Positions 28,673 through 38,687 are shown, counted from the stretch's first letter. The stretch is DNA of 64,000 nt from Bacteroidia bacterium (GCA_044377005.1 JBILJV010000003.1:9778-73777); one strand, 5' to 3'. Numbers and translations are program-made. Notes: generated by a model not told the origin, from the letters alone.

Positions 28673-29419
28673 TTAAGCTTCAGCTGCTTCTTTTTCTGAT
28701 TTAGATTTCTCTATTTCAACAGCATCTTTCTCTTTTTTTCTATCCATTTGACCTTCTTCAATCGCTTTAAGAATTTCACCAACAATTAAGCTGATTGATT
28801 TAGAAGAATCATCATTTGCAGGAATTGCAAAATCAATATTACTTGGATCACTATTGGTATCAACCATAGCAATGGTAGGAATATTTAATTTGATAGCCTC
28901 AGCAACTGCTAAATGTTCTTTTTTAACATCTACTATAAATAATGCAGAAGGTAATTTTGCCATATCAGCAACTCCACCAAGAACTGTGATAAGCTTAGCT
29001 TTTTCACGTTCTAACATTAATTTTTCTTTTTTGTTAATATTAGCATAAGTTCCATCATTAGCCATTTTATCAATGGTTTGCATTTTTTTGATAGACTTTC
29101 TAACTGTTGCGAAGTTTGTTAACATACCACCCAACCATCTTTCTGTAACGAAAGGCATTCCTGCTTGCTTAGCAGCTTCTTGGATAATATCTTTTGCTTG
29201 TTTTTTCGTAGCAACAAACATGATTTTTTTACCAGATTTAACAAAATTTCTAACAGCTGAAGTTGCTTCGTCTAACTTCTGTCCTGTTTTGTTTAAATCG
29301 ATGATATGAATACCATCTTGTTCCATGAATATGTATGGAGCCATTTTCGGATTCCATTTGCGAGTAAGGTGTCCAAAGTGACATCCTGCTTCCAATAATT
29401 GTTCTTTTGATACTGACAT
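28673..29419 (-). CDS. rpsB: 30S ribosomal protein S2
   Basis: LLEAGCHFGHLTRKWNPKMAPYIF is the S2 signature, with an acidic/lysine-rich C-terminal tail. Confidence 0.95.
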   Translation of the reverse strand: MSVSKEQLLEAGCHFGHLTRKWNPKMAPYIFMEQDGIHIIDLNKTGQKLDEATSAVRNFVKSGKKIMFVATKKQAKDIIQEAAKQAGMPFVTERWLGGMLTNFATVRKSIKKMQTIDKMANDGTYANINKKEKLMLEREKAKLITVLGGVADMAKLPSALFIVDVKKEHLAVAEAIKLNIPTIAMVDTNSDPSNIDFAIPANDDSSKSISLIVGEILKAIEEGQMDRKKEKDAVEIEKSKSEKEAAEA

Positions 29420-29431
29420 CTGTAAGGTGTA

Positions 29432-29818
29432 TTAGCGTTTGCTGAATTGAAATCTTTTTCTTGCTTTCTTTTGACCTGGTTTTTTTCTTTCAACCATTCT
29501 ATCATCTCTTGTCAATAAACCGTGTGGTTTCAAAAGTGGTCTGTTCTCAGGGTTTATTTCACACAATGACTTAGAGATAGCTAAACGAATAGCTTCTGCT
29601 TGTCCAGTAACTCCTCCACCATCAACATTTACTTTGATAGCAAATTTGCCTACATTGTCTGTCAATTGCAATGGTTGTAAAACTTTTGCTTGATTAACGA
29701 TTGTAGTGAAATAAGCATCATACGGTTTATTGTTGATAATGATGTCGCCATTGCCATCTTGAACGTAAATTCTAGCAACTGCTGTTTTTCTTCTTCCTGA
29801 TTTATTTGTAACTTCCAT
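29432..29818 (-). CDS. rpsI: 30S ribosomal protein S9
   Basis: GRRKTAVARIY...GGGVTGQAEAIRLAISK...RMVERKKPGQKKARKRFQFSKR. Confidence 0.95.
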   Translation of the reverse strand: MEVTNKSGRRKTAVARIYVQDGNGDIIINNKPYDAYFTTIVNQAKVLQPLQLTDNVGKFAIKVNVDGGGVTGQAEAIRLAISKSLCEINPENRPLLKPHGLLTRDDRMVERKKPGQKKARKRFQFSKR

Positions 29819-29835
29819 GTATTAAATTTGATGGA

Positions 29836-30282
29836 TTATTTAATGGTTAATTCTTTTGGTTGTTGAGCTTGGTGAGGATGTTGATCAGCATCATAAACAA
29901 ACAGATTTCTGAACATTTCTCTACCCAATCTGTTTTTAGGCAACATACCTTTTACAGCTTCTTCTAATAGTGCAATTGGTTTTTTGTTTACCAAATCAGA
30001 AGCGCTTACTCTTTTTTGACCTCCTGGGTAGCCAGAGTAAGTAATATATTCTTTGTCTTGTAATTTAGTACCTGACAATTTTACTTTTCCTGCATTTAGG
30101 ACAATTACGCAATCTCCATTGTCTGAATGAGGAGTGTAATCGGTTTTATTCTTACCAATTAAGGCTGCAGCTATCTGTGAAGCTAGTCTGCCTAGCACTT
30201 TATCACTTGCATCTACCACGTACCAATTCTTCTGAATGGTTGCTTTGTTGGCGTATACTGTTTTGTAACTTATTGAATCCAC
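29836..30282 (-). CDS. rplM: 50S ribosomal protein L13
   Basis: WYVVDASDKVLGRLASQIAAAL.GK is the L13 signature. It lies upstream of rpsI. Confidence 0.95.
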   Translation of the reverse strand: MDSISYKTVYANKATIQKNWYVVDASDKVLGRLASQIAAALIGKNKTDYTPHSDNGDCVIVLNAGKVKLSGTKLQDKEYITYSGYPGGQKRVSASDLVNKKPIALLEEAVKGMLPKNRLGREMFRNLFVYDADQHPHQAQQPKELTIK

Positions 30283-30311
30283 GTCTGTATGTTGATAAAT
30301 TTTTGGGAGCG

Positions 30312-30343
30312 CAAAATTAGATAATCATATTGAGAATACCAAA
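30312..30343 (-). promoter_or_regulatory. Bacteroidota-type promoter (-33 TTTG, 20 nt spacer, -7 TAATTTTG) for the rplM-rpsI-rpsB-tsf operon
   Basis: On the minus strand, TTTG lies at 30343..30340 and TAATTTTG at 30319..30312, 29 nt upstream of the rplM ATG. Both elements and their spacing fit the TTTG-N(~19-21)-TAnnTTTG consensus. Confidence 0.5.
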
Positions 30344-30357
30344 CAGTCTTGTAAAAT

Positions 30358-31476
30358 TTATTTGATTTTTTCTTCAATATCTTTGTAAACCCCTATTAAT
30401 ACACGTTTCTGAGACTCCCAATCATAATGTTTTTTTACCCCTCTCTTTCCATTTTCTGACATTTGTTCAGTTTTTAGTACATCCCTGTGTATTGTTTCTA
30501 TTGCCTCTGATATCTCTTTGCTGTCTCGTGGTGATACACAAAGACCACATTGATTGCCTTCTATAACTTCTTTATACAATGGAAATGATGATGTAATAAT
30601 TGGTAATCCAACTGCCATATACTCAAATAACTTGGTCGGATAACTTTCCATTGAATTTTTCATCGGCCATATTATGCACATCCCTATGTCCATTTTCTCA
30701 GCCAATGCATACCCCTCTTCTAATCTCTTTCTTCCATGAAAATGCAATTGTTCTTTTACGTCTTCATAATAATCCAATTGTTTAATTTTGACTGACAAAT
30801 CGGAATACAGCTCCCCTACAACATGAAAATGGACTAACATCCCTTTCGATTTTAATAGCTTTACACTTTCTATTATTTCTAAAATACCCCTGTTCTCTAA
30901 TACAATGCCTATGTAAAACAAATTCAACTGCTGTTTATATTCTTTCTTTTGAAATTTTTCAAAAAAATCAATGTCACAATAGTTGAGTACTACTGAATAA
31001 TTAGCCTTTAACAACTGATACCTTTTTTGATAACTCTTTTCAGCCAAAATAACATGAAATCTTTTAACAGCTATTTTCTCAAAAAAATCAAAAATCTTGT
31101 AAGCCATTTTCTGATTTCTAATCCATGGTTTGTCAAAAATATCCTCTGCTATATTTTCATGTACATCATAAATTATTTTTTTACCCAACATTGACAACAA
31201 AATGGCACAAGGAATTAATTCGGGGTCGTGAAAATGATAAATTTGAGCCTTTTGTTTAAATGCCAAACGAAACATCAGTAACCACGAAAATAAAACCCTA
31301 ATATTTCTATTTCGAAAAATTTTAATTGGAATAATGTTAACGCCATTTATTGTCTCCTTTTGTGGATGGTGAGCTATTAAAGTCACTTCATAGTCCTCTT
31401 TTAATGCCTGACACATTTTATAAAAGATCCTAGTATCCATTGCATAATGGACCGAACTTAAATGGCAAACTTTCAT
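30358..31476 (-). CDS. Family 4 (GT-B, group 1) glycosyltransferase
   Basis: MKVCHLSSVH is a typical start. The C-terminal block ESYPTKLFEYMAVGLPIITS is the E-x7-E type. The track begins at an upstream TTG (31497). Confidence 0.75.
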   Translation of the reverse strand: MKVCHLSSVHYAMDTRIFYKMCQALKEDYEVTLIAHHPQKETINGVNIIPIKIFRNRNIRVLFSWLLMFRLAFKQKAQIYHFHDPELIPCAILLSMLGKKIIYDVHENIAEDIFDKPWIRNQKMAYKIFDFFEKIAVKRFHVILAEKSYQKRYQLLKANYSVVLNYCDIDFFEKFQKKEYKQQLNLFYIGIVLENRGILEIIESVKLLKSKGMLVHFHVVGELYSDLSVKIKQLDYYEDVKEQLHFHGRKRLEEGYALAEKMDIGMCIIWPMKNSMESYPTKLFEYMAVGLPIITSSFPLYKEVIEGNQCGLCVSPRDSKEISEAIETIHRDVLKTEQMSENGKRGVKKHYDWESQKRVLIGVYKDIEEKIK

Positions 31477-31641
31477 TTTTGGAGACAAGGACGGCAAATA
31501 TAATGTTATTATTGATATTAATTAGTTGTTTTGGTATATTAATACTCTCATTATCAAACAAAACATATTGTCTTTAAATGGGTTTATATTAATAAAGTAA
31601 ATAAGTATTATTATTTAGAACGATTATAAGAAATAAAATAA

Positions 31642-31649
31642 TATTTTTG
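31642..31649 (+). promoter_or_regulatory. Candidate -7 promoter box (TATTTTTG) for sdhCAB
   Basis: Exact TAnnTTTG match 29 nt upstream of the sdhC ATG. The -33 element is weak. Confidence 0.3.
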
Positions 31650-31678
31650 CACCTTAATTATAAATACAAAGAAAAGAT

Positions 31679-32455
31679 ATGAATTGGTTATCGAGTTTTC
31701 TAAAATCAAGTATCGGGAAAAAACTATTAATGGCCTTAACGGGTTTGTTTTTATGTACGTTCCTCGTGGTCCATTTGACCGGAAATTTACAGTTATTTAA
31801 AAATGATAGTGGCCTTGCTTTTAATGAATATGCAGTATTCATGACGACCAACCCTCTTATTAAATTTACTTCTTACGGCCTTTATGCCACCATTTTGTTT
31901 CACGCTTTTTGGGGAATCTATTTGGTGTATGAGAACAAAAAAGCCCGTCCTGTAGCCTATGCTCAAGTAGACGGAAAATCAAATAGTGCTTGGGCAAGCA
32001 GAAATATGGGACTTTTGGGTACTATAATTCTTGTTTTTATCGTATTACACATGACTGGTTTTTGGGCTAAATACAAATTTGGTGAAGTTCCTTTCACCGA
32101 TTATCATGTTAATTTAACAGATGGTGAAATAATAGCTTACCCATACGAAGGAACTATCAATGGTAAAATCGAAAAATTCACTGAACAAGGTTTTGAAAGA
32201 GTAATTGTAAAAGATTTATATACAGTAGTAAATGATGCTTTCAAAAATCCTTACGTGGTTATTTTTTATATTATAGCAATGATGGCTCTTGCATTTCACT
32301 TAATCCATGGTTTCAAAAGCGCTTTCCAAACCTTAGGACTCAACCATAAAAAATACAATCAATTAATTAAAAATATTGGAATTTGTGTTTTTGGAATAAT
32401 TGTTCCAATATTATTTGCAGCAATGCCTATTTACTTTTTACTTTTCAACCACTAA
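31679..32455 (+). CDS. sdhC: Succinate dehydrogenase / fumarate reductase cytochrome b subunit (b558 family)
   Basis: SSIGKKLLMALTGLFLCTFLVVHLTGNLQLF, five TM helices with conserved His residues, upstream of sdhA and sdhB. Confidence 0.85.
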   Translation: MNWLSSFLKSSIGKKLLMALTGLFLCTFLVVHLTGNLQLFKNDSGLAFNEYAVFMTTNPLIKFTSYGLYATILFHAFWGIYLVYENKKARPVAYAQVDGKSNSAWASRNMGLLGTIILVFIVLHMTGFWAKYKFGEVPFTDYHVNLTDGEIIAYPYEGTINGKIEKFTEQGFERVIVKDLYTVVNDAFKNPYVVIFYIIAMMALAFHLIHGFKSAFQTLGLNHKKYNQLIKNIGICVFGIIVPILFAAMPIYFLLFNH

Positions 32456-32469
32456 AATCAATCTAAAAA

Positions 32470-34476
32470 ATGTCAATTAATAAATTAGATTCAAAAATTC
32501 CTGAAGGTCCAATAGATCAAAAATGGACTAAATACAAATCTTCAGTTCCTTTGGTTAATCCTGCCAACAAAAGAAGTTTAGAAATTATAGTAGTAGGAAC
32601 CGGCTTAGCTGGTGCTTCTGCCGCTGCTTCTTTGGCCGAAATGGGATATAAAGTAAAAGCTTTTTGCTTTCAAGATTCTCCTAGAAGAGCGCACTCTATT
32701 GCGGCTCAGGGTGGAATAAATGCTGCTAAAAACTATCAAAATGATGGGGATAGTACTTACCGTTTGTTTTATGACACCATCAAAGGTGGTGATTACAGAG
32801 CAAGAGAAGGCAATGTTCACCGTTTGGCAGAAGTTAGTTCTAGCATTATTGACCAATGTGTGGCTCAAGGTGTTCCGTTTGCAAGAGAATACGGTGGACT
32901 ATTAAGTAACCGTTCGTTCGGTGGAACTCAAGTTCAACGTACATTTTACGCTGCTGGACAAACTGGTCAACAATTGTTATTAGGTGCTTACAGTGCCTTA
33001 CAAAGACAAGTAGGTATGGGTAATGTTACTTTGTACGCCCGTCATGAAATGATGGATGTTGTAACTATTGAAGGCAAAGCGAGAGGCATTATAGCCCGAA
33101 ACTTAATAACAGGTGAGTTGGAAAGACACTTCGGACATTCTGTTTTATTGTGTACAGGAGGATATGGCAACGTGTTTTACTTATCAACCAACGCGATGGG
33201 TAGTAACGTTACTGCAGCTTGGAAAGCACATAAAAAAGGTGCTTTCTTTGCAAACCCTTGCTATACACAAATCCACCCTACTTGTATTCCTGTTTCAGGC
33301 GACCATCAGTCTAAATTAACATTGATGTCTGAGTCTTTAAGAAATGACGGTAGAATATGGGTACCTAAAAATGCAGAAGATGCTAAATTAGTTAGAGAAG
33401 GTAAATTAAAACCAAATGATATTGCAGAAGAAAACAGAGATTATTATTTGGAAAGAAGATACCCAGCATTTGGGAACTTAGTTCCTCGTGACGTAGCGAG
33501 TAGAGCTGCCAAAGAAAGATGTGATGCTGGTTATGGTGTAAACAAAACTGGTCAAGCAGTATTTTTAGACTATGCTGCCGCTATTGAGCGTTACGGTAAA
33601 ATTGAAGCGACTAAACAAAATTTAATCAACCCAGATAAAGCCATTTTAATCAAACTTGGGAAAACGGTTGTTAAAGAAAAATATGGGAATTTATTCGACA
33701 TGTACGAGCAAATTACTGGTGTAAATCCATACAACGAGCCAATGCAAATTTATCCAGCGGTTCACTACACTATGGGTGGTTTATGGGTAGATTATAACTT
33801 GATGACTACAGTTCCTGGATTGTATGCATTGGGAGAAGCTAATTTCAGCGATCATGGTGCCAACAGATTGGGAGCTTCTGCCTTAATGCAAGGTTTGGCT
33901 GATGGTTATTTTGTAATCCCTTACACTATTGGCGCTTACTTAAGCACTGATATTCGTACCAAAGCTATTCCTACTGACCATGAAGCATTTGCACAAGCAG
34001 AAAAAGAAGTTGCAGACAGATTGAATAAATTAATCAATATTAAAGGCACTAAATCGGTAGATTATTTCCACAAAAAACTTGGTAAAATTATTTGGGATGA
34101 ATGTGGAATGGCAAGAAACGAAGCTGGTTTGAAAAAAGCAATCTCTGATGTTCAAGCATTGAGAAACGAATTTTGGACTAACGTTCGCGTTCCTGGAGAA
34201 GTGAATGAATTCAACACTGAATTAGAGAAAGCAGGCAGAGTGGCTGATTTCCTTGAACTAGGTGAATTGATGTGTAAAGATGCATTAGAAAGAAACGAAA
34301 GTTGTGGTGGACACTTCAGAGAAGAATACCAAACCGAAGAAGGAGAAGCACTCAGAGACGACGAAAACTTCAGTTTTGTATCTGCTTGGGAAATGACACA
34401 AGACACCCAATGGCAATTACACAAAGAAGAATTAAAATACGAGAATATTAAAATTGCAGCACGTAGTTATAAATAA
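32470..34476 (+). CDS. sdhA: Succinate dehydrogenase / fumarate reductase flavoprotein subunit
   Basis: The FAD-binding motif is [29 protein letters not shown] contains the covalent-FAD His context. 668 aa. Confidence 0.95.
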   Translation: MSINKLDSKIPEGPIDQKWTKYKSSVPLVNPANKRSLEIIVVGTGLAGASAAASLAEMGYKVKAFCFQDSPRRAHSIAAQGGINAAKNYQNDGDSTYRLFYDTIKGGDYRAREGNVHRLAEVSSSIIDQCVAQGVPFAREYGGLLSNRSFGGTQVQRTFYAAGQTGQQLLLGAYSALQRQVGMGNVTLYARHEMMDVVTIEGKARGIIARNLITGELERHFGHSVLLCTGGYGNVFYLSTNAMGSNVTAAWKAHKKGAFFANPCYTQIHPTCIPVSGDHQSKLTLMSESLRNDGRIWVPKNAEDAKLVREGKLKPNDIAEENRDYYLERRYPAFGNLVPRDVASRAAKERCDAGYGVNKTGQAVFLDYAAAIERYGKIEATKQNLINPDKAILIKLGKTVVKEKYGNLFDMYEQITGVNPYNEPMQIYPAVHYTMGGLWVDYNLMTTVPGLYALGEANFSDHGANRLGASALMQGLADGYFVIPYTIGAYLSTDIRTKAIPTDHEAFAQAEKEVADRLNKLINIKGTKSVDYFHKKLGKIIWDECGMARNEAGLKKAISDVQALRNEFWTNVRVPGEVNEFNTELEKAGRVADFLELGELMCKDALERNESCGGHFREEYQTEEGEALRDDENFSFVSAWEMTQDTQWQLHKEELKYENIKIAARSYK

Positions 34477-34488
34477 ATAAGAATAGTA

Positions 34489-35235
34489 ATGAAAATCACA
34501 TTAAAAGTCTGGAGACAAAAAAATACAAAAAGTAAAGGTCAGTTTGAAACCTACAAATTAGACCATGTTTCTGAGGATATGTCATTCTTAGAAATGTTTG
34601 ACGTACTTAACGAACAGTTGATTAACGAAGGCAAAGAGCCTGTTGTTTTCGACCACGACTGTCGAGAAGGAATTTGTGGTATGTGTAGTATGTACATCAA
34701 CGGTAGACCACACGGACCAAAAGACGCTGTTACCACTTGTCAGTTACACATGCGTTCTTTCAAAGATGGCGATATTATTGTTGTAGAGCCTTGGCGTGCA
34801 GCAGCTTTCCCTGTTTTGAAAGATTTGTCAGTTGACAGAAGTTCTTTTGATAGAATTATGTCAGCGGGTGGATTTGTGAGTGTAAACACAGGGAATGCAC
34901 AAGATGCTAATGCTTTACCAATTGGAAAAGACATCGCAGACGAAGCCTTTATGAGTGCTGCTTGTATTGGTTGTGGTGCATGTGTAGCGGCTTGTAAAAA
35001 CGCCAGTGCCATGTTGTTTGTTTCTGCCAAAGTATCACAATTGTCATTATTGCCTCAAGGACAACCTGAAGCAAAGAAAAGAGCCATTGCGATGGTGAAT
35101 CAAATGGATGCAGAAGGTTTTGGCTCATGTACCAATACAGGTGCTTGTAGTGCAGAATGTCCAAAAGAAATCAGCTTGAGCAATATCGCTCGTTTAAACA
35201 GAGAATACCTATCAGCAAGCGTTGCTGGAGAATAG
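34489..35235 (+). CDS. sdhB: Succinate dehydrogenase / fumarate reductase iron-sulfur subunit
   Basis: Cys clusters [20 protein letters not shown] and [12 protein letters not shown]. Confidence 0.95.
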   Translation: MKITLKVWRQKNTKSKGQFETYKLDHVSEDMSFLEMFDVLNEQLINEGKEPVVFDHDCREGICGMCSMYINGRPHGPKDAVTTCQLHMRSFKDGDIIVVEPWRAAAFPVLKDLSVDRSSFDRIMSAGGFVSVNTGNAQDANALPIGKDIADEAFMSAACIGCGACVAACKNASAMLFVSAKVSQLSLLPQGQPEAKKRAIAMVNQMDAEGFGSCTNTGACSAECPKEISLSNIARLNREYLSASVAGE

Positions 35236-35302
35236 CATTTTTGATTTATTGATTTTAGATTTTTTATTTTAAAAAGTCAATAATTAGACATTTGAAAAAA
35301 CA

Positions 35303-35332
35303 AAAAGCAAGTAAGCAATTACTTGCTTTTTT
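35303..35332 (+). terminator. Rho-independent terminator of sdhCAB
   Basis: Stem AAAAGCAAGTAA / TTACTTGCTTTT with loop GCAA, running into a T tract. Confidence 0.75.
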
Positions 35333-35388
35333 GTTATAGGTCTGTTTTTTGGGTGTTTAATTGACTTTAAAATTCTAACCTATTCACG

Positions 35389-35419
35389 TTTCATAAAATA
35401 TTTTGGCACTTTCATAAAA
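35389..35419 (+). promoter_or_regulatory. Pair of TTTCATAAAA direct repeats with starts 21 nt apart; candidate operator/promoter element of the XRE gene (copy 1)
   Basis: TTTCATAAAA occurs at 35389..35398 and 35410..35419. The same arrangement is kept in copy 2, while the flanking leader sequence has diverged more. Confidence 0.35.
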
Positions 35420-35495
35420 AATGCAGTGACATTCGCAAAAGTCGAATAAAATAAAACCAAATAATCCCCTATTATCGTGAAAACAACTTCTAACT

Positions 35496-35756
35496 ATGAC
35501 AAACACGCAAATAGGAGAAAACTTGCGAATTTTAAGAATATTAAAAAATTATTCACAAGAAGGACTGGCAAATAAGTTAAGCAAAACACAAAATTGGCTC
35601 CTAAAAATAGAAAAAGGTGAGATTGATATTCCATTAAGCTGTTTAACAGAATTATCTAAAGAATTGGGGGGTAGTTTGGATTTCATTATAACATTTGACA
35701 AAACACAAATACTTTATAAAGAACCAAACATTCAACAAGATAAAACCCTCAACTAA
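35496..35756 (+). CDS. Small XRE/Cro-CI-family helix-turn-helix regulator (copy 1, C-terminally truncated relative to copy 2)
   Basis: IGENLRILRILKNYSQEGLANKLSKTQNWLLKIEKGEIDIPLSCLTELSKEL is a classic HTH_XRE layout. 86 aa. Confidence 0.8.
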   Translation: MTNTQIGENLRILRILKNYSQEGLANKLSKTQNWLLKIEKGEIDIPLSCLTELSKELGGSLDFIITFDKTQILYKEPNIQQDKTLN

Positions 35757-35881
35757 ATTTTACAATTACTAAAAAAAAATAGAAACCAAATTATAAGCTA
35801 TAAAAAATAGAATCATGGCTATAGATTACTTTTGTTATTGTTTTACATTAACTTGAGATTTGTAGTATTATTTAATATTTT

Positions 35882-36580
35882 ATGAAAAAACCAATCCAAT
35901 ACCTAAATTTTATCGTAGTATTTATTTCAATTATCCTATTTGCTTGTGAAAAAAAAGATTATCAAAAACCTCAACCTAAACATGCAACTATTATATCATC
36001 AAGAATTGATATTAGAGGAGGTTTGGGGAATGAAGGATTAAAGCCAAATTATTGTAAAGATTGTGGAGACTCTGAGGATCCCTACTTTAAATGCAATTTT
36101 TCTAAAGATGATTGCGTATCAATGATAGACGAAGAAGGTTATGAGACATGCCTTGCAACAATAATAAATGAATTCTCTAACAAAAAAAACCTTGATTATA
36201 TTGTTGACTTAGATTTAGCTTATTTAATAAGAGATTCATTTTTGATGAAATCTGAATTAGGTCAAACTTATCATACATATTATTATCATTTGGGAAAAGT
36301 TGCTTATGATAATAATTTGATCAACATTAATACAATTCATAACTTTTATCAAATATATACACAAACAATCAATGCTATTGACCTCATTTACAATGGCAGC
36401 CAAAATTCAATACCATTTCCTAATACTTATAAAAATGACATATTGAATTTAATTGACAATTTTAGAGCAAATACTTTAAATAAGGAAACACAATTGATTT
36501 TAAATAACATTGAAACCGATATTAAAGAATTTTCTGGATTAACAAAATATCAAGTATTGCATAAACTAAAGCTTCAATGA
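35882..36580 (+). CDS. Orphan lipoprotein (232 aa), function unknown
   Basis: The signal peptide ends in a Cys (VVFISIILFAC). A Cys-rich stretch (CKDCGDSEDPYFKCNFSKDDC...ETC) is followed by a helical-looking C-terminal half. I recognise no family. Confidence 0.55.
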   Translation: MKKPIQYLNFIVVFISIILFACEKKDYQKPQPKHATIISSRIDIRGGLGNEGLKPNYCKDCGDSEDPYFKCNFSKDDCVSMIDEEGYETCLATIINEFSNKKNLDYIVDLDLAYLIRDSFLMKSELGQTYHTYYYHLGKVAYDNNLININTIHNFYQIYTQTINAIDLIYNGSQNSIPFPNTYKNDILNLIDNFRANTLNKETQLILNNIETDIKEFSGLTKYQVLHKLKLQ

Positions 36581-37026
36581 TAAAAAATACTTTCAAAATT
36601 TTTATTTTACTATTAATCTTCAATTCATGTTCAAAAAGTAATAAAATTTCATGTGGCAACTATTACACATCTAAACCAAGTGCTTCACAAAAAAAACACT
36701 TACTAAACGTATTTGGGAAAAATTATTTTAAATATGCCCCATCTATGATGTTTGTTCTGAACTGTGACTCAACTTTTAAGTATGGCTTTTGCAACAAATT
36801 AATATCCAATAATGGCACTTGGAGTATAAAAGGAGAGTTTTTAGTATTGAATAGATATTTAACGAAAGATACTATGTTTTTATATTACCATAAAGACATG
36901 TTTTTATTTCCCTATTATGATCGTGACAGTATAGGTAGAATAGATACTATGTATGCTATTTTAACTAAAAAAGGAACATATTTTAAAGGCAAACTCAGTG
37001 ATAGTATTTCTACCAAACCGAAATAA
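36577..37026 (+). CDS. Orphan small lipoprotein (149 aa), function unknown
   Basis: Lipoprotein signal FILLLIFNSCSKS, with a 4-nt ATGA overlap with the preceding gene. I recognise no family. Confidence 0.5.
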   Translation: MIKNTFKIFILLLIFNSCSKSNKISCGNYYTSKPSASQKKHLLNVFGKNYFKYAPSMMFVLNCDSTFKYGFCNKLISNNGTWSIKGEFLVLNRYLTKDTMFLYYHKDMFLFPYYDRDSIGRIDTMYAILTKKGTYFKGKLSDSISTKPK

Positions 37027-37131
37027 AAATTTAAAAAAAACAAAAAAACAAGTAAAATTATTTACTTACTTTTTTGTTATACCTCTTTTCTTTTGGTATT
37101 AAAATGATTTCAAAATACGCTCCTATTCCCG

Positions 37132-37162
37132 TTTCATAAAGTATTTAGGCACTTTCATAAAA
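37132..37162 (+). promoter_or_regulatory. Pair of TTTCATAAA(G/A) direct repeats with starts 21 nt apart; candidate operator/promoter element (copy 2)
   Basis: TTTCATAAAG starts at 37132 and TTTCATAAAA at 37153, the same 21-nt phasing as copy 1. Confidence 0.35.
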
Positions 37163-37237
37163 AAAATAGTACTTTTCACAAAAATCGAATAAATAAAACT
37201 AAATAATCGGCTTGTTTTGTATAAACGACTGCTTATC

Positions 37238-37537
37238 ATGACAAACACTCAAATAGGAGAAAACTTGCGAATTTTAAGAATATTAAAAAATTATTCACAA
37301 GAAGGACTGGCAAATAAGTTAGGCAAAACACAAAATTGGCTCCAAAAAATTGAAAAAGGTGAGATTGATATTCCATTAAGCTGTTTAACAGAATTATCTA
37401 GAGAATTGGAGGTTAGTGTAGATTTCATTATAACATTTGACAAAACACAAATACTTAATAAAGAACCAATCACTGAACAAGATAAAACCCTCAACGAAAT
37501 TTTACAATTACTAAAAAAAATAGAAAACAAATTATAA
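37238..37537 (+). CDS. Small XRE/Cro-CI-family helix-turn-helix regulator (copy 2, full length, 99 aa)
   Basis: Near-identical to copy 1 and additionally carries the tail EILQLLKKIENKL. The track starts at an upstream TTG (37217). ATG 37238 matches the copy 1 start. Confidence 0.8.
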   Translation: MTNTQIGENLRILRILKNYSQEGLANKLGKTQNWLQKIEKGEIDIPLSCLTELSRELEVSVDFIITFDKTQILNKEPITEQDKTLNEILQLLKKIENKL

Positions 37538-37583
37538 GCTATAAAAGAGAGACTCATAGCTATATATTATTTTTGTTGTTGCA

Positions 37584-38687
37584 ATGATTAATTTAGACTT
37601 TATAAAAATTATGATATGGATTTCAACAGTCCATATCATTTTTTTTTCTTTAAAAACTAATGGGCAAAATCCTATACAGTTTAAAGAATTTCCAAGTCAA
37701 TTACTCCATGAATTTAATAATGAAGGTGAATCATTAGTAAAGAAATCAAATCAATTTTTATATATTATTGAATTAATTCAAGGTTCAAAGAAATTAAATT
37801 TGAACAGATTTAATTTTGAAACCACCAATAACACAAGTAAAATTATTGATTTAAGTACTATTGATTTTGATGGCATCATTGATTTTCATATAGTTGATTC
37901 AACTATATACTTTTTATCAAATAATGGTAAAAAGGTATTAATATTTAATGAGAATAGAAATCAATTAGAACAAGAAATCAAGGTCAATAACCCACACTCT
38001 ACTCTTTTTGACTATTCAAAAATTTATGTTTATAATAAAAATGTGTGCCTAATATACAACATTGACATAGCCTTAAAGTTAAATAATTATAGTAACTTTT
38101 TTATTGATTTATTAGATTCCCAAACAAAAACTATTAACCCAATTTACAATCAATACTTAAATGCAAATGTATTCCAAGTCTCAAATTATCAGAATTTTTA
38201 CTTTCAAGAAAACTATTGTTATTTAACAGAAATACTAACTGGCCAAACAATATCAATAAATTTAAAAAATGCCAAAACTGATACAATTTTTAAAAACATA
38301 TTTGATAAAAACTATTCTAAAACAAACAGAGTTTCAAAAATAGAAAAAGACAACATTAATATAAACTCATCGAATCTTTTAGATACTATTAATTATTTTT
38401 TTGACAATGAAATAATAACAACTAATTTAAATATTGATGCTAAAAAATTAGTCTTAATTACGAAAAACCATAAAAATCAATCCAAAACTATCTTTTATGA
38501 ATTTAATTTAAACAGTGAAAAATCAAGCACATTTTATATGACAAATGAATTTGATAGTTTAATTGATTATTCCCCCAAATTAAATCATGTTTATTATGAT
38601 GGCAATAAATTTATCCAAGTTTTTAATATGTATGATTTTAAAACTAAACAAATCAATCTACACTATAAAGTATATCTGAAACTATAA
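37584..38687 (+). CDS. Orphan secreted protein (367 aa), N/I/K-rich, function unknown
   Basis: The hydrophobic N-terminus is IMIWISTVHIIFFSLKTNGQ. The ORF is long and uninterrupted in very AT-rich DNA. No recognisable motif. Confidence 0.5.
   Translation: MINLDFIKIMIWISTVHIIFFSLKTNGQNPIQFKEFPSQLLHEFNNEGESLVKKSNQFLYIIELIQGSKKLNLNRFNFETTNNTSKIIDLSTIDFDGIIDFHIVDSTIYFLSNNGKKVLIFNENRNQLEQEIKVNNPHSTLFDYSKIYVYNKNVCLIYNIDIALKLNNYSNFFIDLLDSQTKTINPIYNQYLNANVFQVSNYQNFYFQENYCYLTEILTGQTISINLKNAKTDTIFKNIFDKNYSKTNRVSKIEKDNININSSNLLDTINYFFDNEIITTNLNIDAKKLVLITKNHKNQSKTIFYEFNLNSEKSSTFYMTNEFDSLIDYSPKLNHVYYDGNKFIQVFNMYDFKTKQINLHYKVYLKL

Larger units (their letters stand above)
35295..35840 (+). repeat. Copy 1 of a ~0.55 kb direct repeat (hairpin, promoter region, XRE regulator gene and its 3' flank)
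   Basis: It aligns by eye along its whole length with 37035..37580. Identity is near-complete across the first ~50 codons of the regulator gene and lower in the upstream leader. Confidence 0.85.
37035..37580 (+). repeat. Copy 2 of the ~0.55 kb direct repeat
   Basis: See copy 1. The offset between copies is about 1740 nt. The hairpin at 37050..37075 is a degraded version of the sdhB terminator. Confidence 0.85.

Noticed and set aside
35666-35671. A G6 homopolymer inside XRE copy 1 (copy 2 has ggaggt at this position)
   Set aside because: It is too short to be a credible phase-variation tract. It is explained by two point substitutions between the paralogues.
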